Below, piece after piece: positions 55,931 through 64,000 of a stretch of DNA of 64,000 nt; positions within the stretch are counted from its first letter, which is position 1; every line of letters starts with the position of its first letter. Where the stretch lies: contig CAKSKU010000013.1 in NCBI GenBank assembly GCA_934465295.1, forward strand, positions 47 to 64,046, written 5' to 3'. Below the pieces are notes generated by a model that saw only the letters and a program-made list of their open reading frames with translations, did not search any database and was not told the origin of the DNA. The translations under genes were made by a program, and so were the position numbers. This DNA is from an uncultured Oscillospiraceae bacterium (GTDB taxonomy: Bacteria; Bacillota; Clostridia; Oscillospirales; Ruminococcaceae).

Positions 55931-58900
55931 ATGCCGTTCTGGCTCGCAGTGCTTCTTCTGATCGTTTCGGCGGCGGGAATTATCCTGTCGGCTGCAAAGA
56001 TCAGCAAAAAACCGATAAAAATACTCGGGATAGTCCTTTCTTCGATCATTTTTGCACTTATGCTCATCTATATAATACTTGTGCTGATATTCGTGTTCAG
56101 AGCAGACGATCCCGACACAGACTCACAGTTCATCGCACAGACCGAATACATGACGGACAACGGAGACGGAACTTTTACATATGATGACGGCGAGATATCG
56201 CTCACCTTTGAAAAGATCTCTCCCGATATCGTGGAGGAAGAGACCGCCCTTGTCCCGTCCGTCATTAACGGCGAAAGCGGCGGCAGAGAGTGGAAAGCCG
56301 TCACCGATAAAGACGGAAAGCCGCAAATCGTTTATGTCACCATCGGAGATACAGCCGTTGCCGCAAAGGTCAACAGTTCCCCCGATGACGCAGGCGCAGA
56401 ATATGCAGCATCGGCTGCGGCTGTTCTCGTAAAGGACAGCTCACCCTACTCAGATGATACGGACGGCACGGAAAGCTCGGGCAAGTACCGCACCGACAGC
56501 GCATCATTCTTCATCGAAGAAGCAAACTGCTTATTGTATTATCCTGCGCAGCTCACAGCTTTCTCCGAAAAGAACGGAAAATATACCTTTCGTGACGAAA
56601 AGAGCAGCGCTGCACTCAAAGTAACGCTTTCCCCGAATAAATATACCTCAATGTCAGAGGTCGAAGGCTTCATAAAAAACTCGGAAAACAGCCTTGTGCT
56701 TGCCTACGGTTCAAACTGGTTCACCTCCGAGATAAGGGAAAAGAGCAGCGTAACTTTTATGTACAGCGGCTTGGGAAGCAAATACATCGTCGAAGCCGAG
56801 CTTAGCTATCCCGAAAAGGATAAAGCCGTTTTTGACAAGCTCCAAAAGCTCATAAAATGCTGCTTCGTCGGCGACGGCGTATGGAAAAGCTCTGCCCGCG
56901 GCGAGGGCTATTCCAAGGACAGCACCGCCTTGTACAGTGACAAATTCAGCAAGGAGCTTGCCGCTTATTACAGCGAAAAATACGGCGTCATTCTCCTCTA
57001 CCCAGAGATTTTTTCCGATGTCGATAAAACGGACGAATTTGTTTTCTTCACCGACCCCGTGACGGGTGCGGAAATAAACCTTTTCAGCGACCCCGACCGC
57101 ATATCGCTAAGCGACTGGCCGCAGACCTACGGCTTTGACGAAAGCTATATCGACGGCGAACACAGAGTAAAGGCAAGCGATATGAGCGGCGGAAGATACG
57201 GCGTAATGTATCTCACCGACAGCGAAAATGTCTGCGCCGTGCTTTCCTATCCCGAAGAATATGCGTGGGTCTATGAGGGCTTTGAAAGCGACCTTACGCT
57301 CACAGCGTCCTCTGCCGAGGTACGCAATACCGAAATGCAGACAGTCTTCATCGAGGAATACGGTGCGCTCATCACTATGCCGCTCCAGTTTGTGCAGACC
57401 TCATTTTATGACGGCGTTATCCGCTATAAGGACGGTCTCAACGGAATGGAAATGACCGTCTCCTTTAAGCCGCTGGGTTCGGATAAGGAGCGTAAAAACC
57501 TCTTCGCCTGCTTTGATGTTGTAGCTGACGATGAGGATATCTTTGTCGGCGACAGCTATATCCGATGGCTTTCCAACAGCGGATTTTTCTACGGCGCAAG
57601 GGGCAGCGATATGAAAGCTCTCATGCAGATAGACGCCCCCAACGCCGAAAAAGCCTACGAAAGCACCCTCCCTCTTTTCAGCGTTGAATTTGTCACAACC
57701 GACAGCAAGGAAGTGACCAAGGCACAGCAGCTTGCCCAAAAGACAGCCGATGTAAAGGATATGTCCGACCCTCCCGAGGAAGCCGAAACGACGACCTCCG
57801 CAAAGATCAGCCACCCCAACAAAAAGCTCGTCTATGACCCCGAATCGGATTATACCTACGCCTCCGCCGACGGTGAATACTGGTACAGCTTTAAACAGGA
57901 CTTCATCGAAGAGAACGGCGAATTTGCCATTGACCCCGACAGCTATGCTTATGGTAAGCACAAGGAGCTTATCACGCATATCCTCGATATCCTCCGATAC
58001 AATAACTATGACGTCGATCAGCTTGCGTGGGAATACTGCAAGACAAGAGGATACAGCTCCTACTATGAGCCGTCAATGCTGACCGAGCTTACCGTCGATA
58101 TGGAGCTGGCTATGCAAAACGCATATCAGGTCAAGAACCCCAAGGATTCCGACCTTGGCAAAGGCGTTCCCTCTGTTCTGGAGGAGATATGCAGGATCCT
58201 TGATATCGAAAAGCCCGATTATGTCCGTGATCTCCCCGAGGAGACCGCCGGGACGACCGCAAAAACGGAAGCCGTCACATCATCTGAAAGCGAGGGAACA
58301 GCCCCCGGGACTTCCTCGTCCGAAAGTCCCGACAGATACAGAATAAACAGCGATACGAGCCATGATGCGCAGTATGGCTACAACAGCAAAATGGCTGACA
58401 CTATCGATAAGATTCTCGCAAAGTACGATGAGACCGACATTGCCGCATATATCTCGGAAACCTACGGCGATGAAACGCTCGCAGCCATCACGGAAGAAAT
58501 GTATATGGGCGGATATGACTATGATTACGGCTACACGACCACCCTCGTCTATATCCTCTCGACCTATCCCAATGATGCAGTCGTGAGCGCAATGGCAAAC
58601 GGCAGATCTCTGCCGAGCGAGCAGGCGTTCCTTTACTTCCCTGCCTACAACGACTACGGAACGGGCTGGGGCGAACCCGATACCTACGGCGAACCCGTCT
58701 GGAGAATTGCAAACCGAGGCGAGCTTGATGAATACGATCTTCTGACCGATACTGCGCTCTGCGGAGATATCTATGACCTCTACGGCAATGTCCTGCTCTG
58801 CCTTACAGGCTCGTCCATGCACGGTCAGAATGTGCCTTTCTGGATAAACGGCTGGGAAAAAGCTCCCGAAAAGGCAGCCTACTGCCGTGACTTTATCGTC

Positions 58901-59170
58901 CCGAAGGCAATAAACTTTATCGATGAATACTGCTCGGAGGATGATGAGTTCACAATGGACTGCCTGAGTGCAGATGCACAGACCGCATCGTTCAGCGCAG
59001 GCGGAAAGGAGCGCACGGGAATCAGATTTACAGCGCACAGCCTTGTCTACAACGGCGACTCCCCGACATTCGACACGATGGAATTTTATCTCGACATCAA
59101 AACGGGCGCACTCTATCGGGTAAGCACCTCGGGCAAAACAGTAACAGTGACCGAGAGTATCTTAGGCTAA
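55931..59170 (+). CDS. large membrane-anchored extracytoplasmic protein, unknown function
   Basis: 1079 aa with two N-terminal TM helices. It has three similar ~150-aa modules and Thr/Ser/Glu linkers. No known domain recognised. Confidence 0.7.
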   Translation: MPFWLAVLLLIVSAAGIILSAAKISKKPIKILGIVLSSIIFALMLIYIILVLIFVFRADDPDTDSQFIAQTEYMTDNGDGTFTYDDGEISLTFEKISPDIVEEETALVPSVINGESGGREWKAVTDKDGKPQIVYVTIGDTAVAAKVNSSPDDAGAEYAASAAAVLVKDSSPYSDDTDGTESSGKYRTDSASFFIEEANCLLYYPAQLTAFSEKNGKYTFRDEKSSAALKVTLSPNKYTSMSEVEGFIKNSENSLVLAYGSNWFTSEIREKSSVTFMYSGLGSKYIVEAELSYPEKDKAVFDKLQKLIKCCFVGDGVWKSSARGEGYSKDSTALYSDKFSKELAAYYSEKYGVILLYPEIFSDVDKTDEFVFFTDPVTGAEINLFSDPDRISLSDWPQTYGFDESYIDGEHRVKASDMSGGRYGVMYLTDSENVCAVLSYPEEYAWVYEGFESDLTLTASSAEVRNTEMQTVFIEEYGALITMPLQFVQTSFYDGVIRYKDGLNGMEMTVSFKPLGSDKERKNLFACFDVVADDEDIFVGDSYIRWLSNSGFFYGARGSDMKALMQIDAPNAEKAYESTLPLFSVEFVTTDSKEVTKAQQLAQKTADVKDMSDPPEEAETTTSAKISHPNKKLVYDPESDYTYASADGEYWYSFKQDFIEENGEFAIDPDSYAYGKHKELITHILDILRYNNYDVDQLAWEYCKTRGYSSYYEPSMLTELTVDMELAMQNAYQVKNPKDSDLGKGVPSVLEEICRILDIEKPDYVRDLPEETAGTTAKTEAVTSSESEGTAPGTSSSESPDRYRINSDTSHDAQYGYNSKMADTIDKILAKYDETDIAAYISETYGDETLAAITEEMYMGGYDYDYGYTTTLVYILSTYPNDAVVSAMANGRSLPSEQAFLYFPAYNDYGTGWGEPDTYGEPVWRIANRGELDEYDLLTDTALCGDIYDLYGNVLLCLTGSSMHGQNVPFWINGWEKAPEKAAYCRDFIVPKAINFIDEYCSEDDEFTMDCLSADAQTASFSAGGKERTGIRFTAHSLVYNGDSPTFDTMEFYLDIKTGALYRVSTSGKTVTVTESILG

Positions 59171-59182
59171 AGGAGACATACT

Positions 59183-60037
59183 ATGGCAAACTATGAATCA
59201 AAACGTATCGGAGCTATCCTGCTGCGTATCATCGTCACCCTGGTGCTTATTATAATAACCATAGCTGCGGCTGTCGGACTGGCGGCTTCCTATGGCTTCG
59301 TTGCAGGTCTGATAGCGGCAGTCATCGGCATAATGATAATTGCCGCAGTCTCAAAAGCAATGAAACGCTCGGGGGCGGACAGCATCGGCAAGGATCTTAT
59401 CCCCGAAATACTCGGCGAAAGCATAGAGCTGACAACATTTTCAGCATCAAAGCACTTTGACCCAGCCGAGCTTAGAAGCACAAACGCCCTGAGCTGCTTT
59501 ACCTCGGCAAACGGCGGCGGATATATCGACGGTGCAGCGAACGGCGTCCATTTTGTCCGCTGCAATGTCACCCTCACCGACCATGTAACGGACGAGATCT
59601 ACAACCCCGACACAGGGCTTTATGAACAGCAGACCTCGGATGCAGCAGTCTTTTCGGGATATGTTATGCGCATCGGGCATGACCTTCCGCAGTATGCAGG
59701 AGTAATGGTCAGCAGCGACTCTCTCGATGCGCCCGCCATCAGCAGAAAGGGCGAAAAGCTGCGCAGCGAAAACGGCTTTTCGATCTATTCCTCAATAGGC
59801 GAAAATATCCCCGTTACGCTCACAGACGGTCTTATTTCTCTCATAAAAGCAGCCGACCGCCCAGCCATCGTGACCGTTACGGAAAAATATCTGTACATCA
59901 TAGCCGCAGCGCCGAAGCCGCAGTTCACAGTCGGTCTGTTCAGCTCAATTAACTCCAACCGTGAAAAAATCCTTGAACAGACAGAAGAGCTTAAACGCAT
60001 AACCGAAAAAGCCGATTTCATCCGATTTGTAAAATAA
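59183..60037 (+). CDS. membrane protein, possibly DUF3137-like
   Basis: 284 aa with two N-terminal TM helices and a soluble domain. The family call is tentative. Confidence 0.55.
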   Translation: MANYESKRIGAILLRIIVTLVLIIITIAAAVGLAASYGFVAGLIAAVIGIMIIAAVSKAMKRSGADSIGKDLIPEILGESIELTTFSASKHFDPAELRSTNALSCFTSANGGGYIDGAANGVHFVRCNVTLTDHVTDEIYNPDTGLYEQQTSDAAVFSGYVMRIGHDLPQYAGVMVSSDSLDAPAISRKGEKLRSENGFSIYSSIGENIPVTLTDGLISLIKAADRPAIVTVTEKYLYIIAAAPKPQFTVGLFSSINSNREKILEQTEELKRITEKADFIRFVK

Positions 60038-60046
60038 ACATAAAAA

Positions 60047-60082
60047 AGCCGATCACTTCAATTACCGTGATCGGCTTTTGTT
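60047..60082. terminator. bidirectional intrinsic terminator
   Basis: Stem AGCCGATCAC / GTGATCGGCT followed by a T-rich tract. Confidence 0.65.
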
Positions 60083-60096
60083 ATAAGCTGATATGT

Positions 60097-61728
60097 TTAC
60101 TTTGCGCTGGCAGCTTTCTTCTTTTCATATACTCTTATAATGAGCAGAACAGCTATCATAAGTGCGATCGAAAGTCCAAGGACTGCAAATACATTCTGCA
60201 CAAAGCCTGCAAAAATGTAGCCGACCAAGCAGACAGCCGCAACCGTGAATGCATATGGGAGCTGTGTCGAAACGTGGTTTACATGGTCGCACTGTGCGCC
60301 CGTCGAAGCCATAATGGTCGTATCGGATATAGGCGAGCAGTGGTCGCCGCAAACTGCGCCTGCAAGACAAGCGGAAATGCAGATAATGACAGTTTTCGGA
60401 ATTTCTCCCGCATCGGAAACACCTGCAAGCTCGGTGCTGAAAATACCTGTTACGATCGGGATAAGGATACCAAAGGTTCCCCATGATGTGCCCGTTGCGA
60501 ATGCAAGTCCGAGTGCAACGATGAAAAGTATGCACGGGAGAAGGATCTGTATTGCGGAAGCACTCTTAACGATGCCCGAAACGAATGCGCCTGCTTCAAG
60601 AAGTCCCGTCATGGTCTTTAATGTCCATGCGAATGTGAGAATGAGTATCGCAGGGACCATCTGCTTGAAGCCCGCAGGTATCGCATTCATGCAGTCCTCA
60701 AATTTAAGTGTGCGTCTTGCGAGGAAGTATATTATGATAATGATGAGTGAAATGATAGAGCCGAGCGAAAGAGCGTAAGCAGCGTCGCAGTTTGCGAATG
60801 CGTTGATGAAGCTCTCTCCGCTGAAAAATCCGCCGCTGTAAATCATGCCCGTAACGCAGCATATGATAAGGATTATTACAGGTATGATAAGATCGATGAC
60901 CTTGCCGTTGCTTGAAACTTTGTTATCTTCATCATTGTAAACAGTGTTGCGTGTGGTGAAAAGATCGCCCTTTGCAGCGTTGTCCTCGTGTATCTTCATA
61001 GGACCGTAATCAATGTTCTGCAGCGATATGAAAATTACCATAACTATCGTGAGAAGTGCATATAAATTATATGGGATGGTGTTGATGAAAAGCTGTATGC
61101 CGTTTACACCCTCAACAGTTCCGCTTACAGCAGCAGCCCACGACGATACGGGAGCGATGATGCAGATAGGCGCAGCCGTTGCGTCAATGATGTATGCGAG
61201 CTTTGAACGTGAAACATTGTGCTTGTCCGTTACGGGGCGCATTACAGAACCGACCGTAAGGCAGTTGAAATAATCGTCCACGAAAATAAGCACACCGAGT
61301 ACGAATGTCGACATACAAGCTCCGACTCTTGTCTTTATGTGCTTTGCAGCCCATTCACCGTATGCCTTGCTTCCGCCTGCCTTGTTCATGAGCGCAACGA
61401 TCGTGCCGAGGACAACGAGGAATATAAGTATTCCGACATTGTAGGAATCCGCAAGGTTTGCGATAAGTCCGTCACGAACGACCGTCGTGAATACGCCCTC
61501 TGCGCCCAGCGAAGCCGATACCGCATAGATAACAGCACCCGTAAGGCTTCCGACAAACAGTGAAGAATAAACTTCCTTTGTGATGAGCGCAAGTCCGATA
61601 GCAACTATCGGCGGAAGAAGCGACCAGAGCGTTCCGACCGCATTTGTGATTGGTGCGGAAATCATACAGCATATAAGAAATGCAAGCATGATGACCGCAA
61701 AGATGATCTTGCTCAGATATTTTTTCAT
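60097..61728 (-). CDS. Na+/H+ antiporter NhaC family protein
   Basis: 543-aa polytopic protein with an NhaC-like pattern. Confidence 0.75.
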   Translation of the reverse strand: MKKYLSKIIFAVIMLAFLICCMISAPITNAVGTLWSLLPPIVAIGLALITKEVYSSLFVGSLTGAVIYAVSASLGAEGVFTTVVRDGLIANLADSYNVGILIFLVVLGTIVALMNKAGGSKAYGEWAAKHIKTRVGACMSTFVLGVLIFVDDYFNCLTVGSVMRPVTDKHNVSRSKLAYIIDATAAPICIIAPVSSWAAAVSGTVEGVNGIQLFINTIPYNLYALLTIVMVIFISLQNIDYGPMKIHEDNAAKGDLFTTRNTVYNDEDNKVSSNGKVIDLIIPVIILIICCVTGMIYSGGFFSGESFINAFANCDAAYALSLGSIISLIIIIIYFLARRTLKFEDCMNAIPAGFKQMVPAILILTFAWTLKTMTGLLEAGAFVSGIVKSASAIQILLPCILFIVALGLAFATGTSWGTFGILIPIVTGIFSTELAGVSDAGEIPKTVIICISACLAGAVCGDHCSPISDTTIMASTGAQCDHVNHVSTQLPYAFTVAAVCLVGYIFAGFVQNVFAVLGLSIALMIAVLLIIRVYEKKKAASAK

Positions 61729-62648
61729 TTTACCTCTCCGTCCATTTCATTTTTTTGTGGTTTATTTGTACCTGCAAGCTGTGCAAGTATTACCGCCGAG
61801 AAAATAAGTACACACCCGAAAAATTCCTTTAAACTAAGCTTTTCACCAAGGATAAGCCAGCCCGAAAGCGCCGCAAACACCGATTCAAGACTCATCAGCA
61901 TCGTCGCAAGCGTCGGGTTCGTATGCTTCTGCCCCAGTATCTGAAGCGTGTACGCCACTCCGCAGGACATTATTCCTGCATAAAGGATAGTTCCGCCTGC
62001 CGCCGTGATATTCGCAATAACAGGCTTTTCAAAGATGAACATGCATATCAGCATTAGAAAACCTGCCGTAAAAAACTGTATGCACGACATCAGAACGCCG
62101 TCCGTGTTCTTTTCGTTGAAGTGATCTATGACCGTTATATGTACGGCAAACGCTATCGCCCCGAAGAAAACGAGCAGATCGCCCGATGAAATTCCGGTAT
62201 CCTGCTTTATGCACAGCAGCCGGAATCCGACCAATGCGATCGCAATGAAAAGCCACATTTTCAGCGGCATCTTCCTGTGCAGGAATATACCTATCAGCGG
62301 AACTATCACAATATAAAGCGCTGTTACAAAACCCGCCTTGCCTGCCGTCGTCTGCGCAATGCCTGCCTGCTGAAAGGAGCTTGCAATGCACAGCACAACA
62401 CCGCAGCATATGCCGCCTATGACCGTGTCCTTCAGCGAATACTCCGCCTTTTCCTTGCCGCTGCGCTTATCGAGAAAGCGGAACAGCATTATCACAGGGA
62501 TGAGAACGATCCCCCCGAGCAAGGTACGCACAGCATTGTATGTGAACGGCTCAACATAATTCATACCCTCGCTTTGAGCAACGAAAGCCGTTCCCCATAT
62601 AAGCGATGTCAGCAGCAGCATAAGACTGCCCTTGAGACTTTTTATCAT
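61725..62648 (-). CDS. DMT (EamA) family transporter
   Basis: 10 TM segments and two EamA repeats. Start at MIKSLKG. Confidence 0.8.
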   Translation of the reverse strand: MIKSLKGSLMLLLTSLIWGTAFVAQSEGMNYVEPFTYNAVRTLLGGIVLIPVIMLFRFLDKRSGKEKAEYSLKDTVIGGICCGVVLCIASSFQQAGIAQTTAGKAGFVTALYIVIVPLIGIFLHRKMPLKMWLFIAIALVGFRLLCIKQDTGISSGDLLVFFGAIAFAVHITVIDHFNEKNTDGVLMSCIQFFTAGFLMLICMFIFEKPVIANITAAGGTILYAGIMSCGVAYTLQILGQKHTNPTLATMLMSLESVFAALSGWLILGEKLSLKEFFGCVLIFSAVILAQLAGTNKPQKNEMDGEVK

Positions 62649-62919
62649 TTTTGCAAGACCTTCCAAGATTTATTGCATAACGCATCAATAAAAATGCGCT
62701 GTTATAAGCTTTTGCCTAATATATAATACTTTATTTTGCAGTCTCTGTCAATGGTTATGAGCAAAAATGAGTAAAAAAGGGGAAAAATATCTTTTTTGGG
62801 CTAAAATGGACTGTATTTTTTGGCTGATAATTACAAATATCTTCGCAAAACCCTTGATTTTCCGTAAAGAAGATGTTACAATTTTATCACGATCAACTTT
62901 TAAGAAAGGAAGTGCAGCT

Positions 62920-63906
62920 ATGCCGCATTCATCAGGAGGAGGCTCTCACAGAGGAGGTTCTCACCGCAGCAGTTCACACAGCTCCCGACGTTCGCATTCT
63001 TCGGGTTCGTCTTATTCCCGAAAGCGTGTCCGCTCATCGTATTTCCCAGGCGCAAGAAGATATGTCTATCTCCGCAAAGGAAAGCCCGAGTATGTCTATG
63101 CGGATCATGATATCACAAAACGTCCCAGTCCGCTGCGCTTTTTCGTTATCATACTGTACCTCCCGTTCCTGTTCGTCTTTTATACCATCTTCAAGGATAC
63201 AATGCTTCCCCCGAAAAAGCTTGCGGCTGACTATGATACCGCAATAGTCGTAAGGGACGAAATAAATGTCCTCGGCGATACCGAAAAACTGAAACGCTCA
63301 CTGGAAGCCTTTTTCAATAAAACAGGCATCACACCTGCCGTCTTCACAGTCCATAACGAGGAGTGGCAGAATACCTACGACGGCCTCGAAAACTATGCCT
63401 ACGACCTCTATGTAAATGCCTTTTCCGATGAAAAGCATTGGCTTATCGTCTATTCCGAACCCGAAAACCCCGACCCATCCTTTAACGACTGGTATTGGGA
63501 GGGTATGCAGGGCGACGATACATCGGAAATACTCACATCGGGAAAAGCCGATAAGTTCGGCTCAAAACTCCAGCGCAGCCTGACGGATAAATCTGTATCA
63601 GTCTCCGATGCAATAAGCCTCTCGTTCGACTACCTTACCCCCGATATAATGTATAAGAGTGTCGACCCCGTTATAGTGATCGTGCTGTTGGTGTTCATCG
63701 GATTTATTGTGATACACGCATTCTTTATGATCTTCTATGACCCCAACAGAAAGTATAGAAATGCGCAGGAAATACCATTGGAAACACCTGCTCCGACCCC
63801 ACAGCAAAATGAGACCTGCCCCTATTGCGGAGCAAGCTATGCCTCGGGTCAGGAAAGATGCCCGAACTGTCAGGCACTGATAGGTGTTGCCGATAAAAAA
63901 GAATGA
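62920..63906 (+). CDS. membrane protein with Ser/His/Arg-rich N-tail, central extracytoplasmic domain and C-terminal zinc ribbon
   Basis: Start behind AAAGGAAG. GGGSHRGGSHRSSSHSSRRSHSS tail, two TM helices, and CPYCG...CPNC at the C-terminus. Confidence 0.6.
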   Translation: MPHSSGGGSHRGGSHRSSSHSSRRSHSSGSSYSRKRVRSSYFPGARRYVYLRKGKPEYVYADHDITKRPSPLRFFVIILYLPFLFVFYTIFKDTMLPPKKLAADYDTAIVVRDEINVLGDTEKLKRSLEAFFNKTGITPAVFTVHNEEWQNTYDGLENYAYDLYVNAFSDEKHWLIVYSEPENPDPSFNDWYWEGMQGDDTSEILTSGKADKFGSKLQRSLTDKSVSVSDAISLSFDYLTPDIMYKSVDPVIVIVLLVFIGFIVIHAFFMIFYDPNRKYRNAQEIPLETPAPTPQQNETCPYCGASYASGQERCPNCQALIGVADKKE

Positions 63907-63952
63907 CCTCACTGCCTTAATAATACTAATACTAAACACCAATAAAATAAAG

Positions 63953-64000
63953 GAAAAAACCTGCGCCGAAATCGCATATATTCAAGATTGTCGGCTTGAT
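63953..64000. mobile_element. partial, divergent third member of the MITE family (cut by window edge)
   Basis: AAAAAACCTGCGCCGAAATCGCATATATTCAAGATTGTCGGCTTGAT aligns at about 75 percent with the central part of 25071-25170. Confidence 0.3.

Overview
The window looks like a chromosomal segment of an anaerobic Firmicute (Clostridia, probably Oscillospiraceae/Ruminococcus-like; this is an inference from gene content and SD/promoter style). About 60 genes are supported and most are ordinary: transporters, regulators and small enzymes. No rRNA, tRNA, CRISPR array, integrase or transposase gene was recognised.

Main blocks:
- A COG2984-type ABC importer preceded by a Trp-specifier T-box.
- A His-rich COG0523 metallochaperone next to an HD protein.
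- A TetR-controlled FtsX/MacB-like ABC exporter with duplicated operator modules.
- A macrodomain plus class-M-like sirtuin pair.
- A 10.7-kb urtABCDE + ureAB-C-E-F-G-D urea supercluster that includes two unassigned paralogous small membrane proteins.
- A five-gene sugar cassette bracketed by heptamer arrays.
- A hybrid histidine kinase/LuxR regulator beside a three-gene envelope cluster.

The most unusual element is a 1.35-kb unit (about 930-2281, + strand). It runs from a near-consensus promoter to an intrinsic terminator, has no credible long ORF, and carries about 15 copies of a 16S-complementary GGAGUGAGUCCAAUGG-like motif. It also contains a 178-nt internal tandem duplication and a string of micro-ORFs. 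I could not assign it to any RNA family from memory.

Other non-genic structure:
- A promoter/terminator-bounded sRNA candidate (143-396, - strand).
- A 100-bp MITE with a TTA target duplication inside a LysR pseudogene, plus two further copies.
- Two arrays of RTTGAYA heptamers that share a 25-nt tail.
- REP-like GGGACGG/CCCGTCC hairpins.

All functional calls come from motif recognition by eye. No database search was run.
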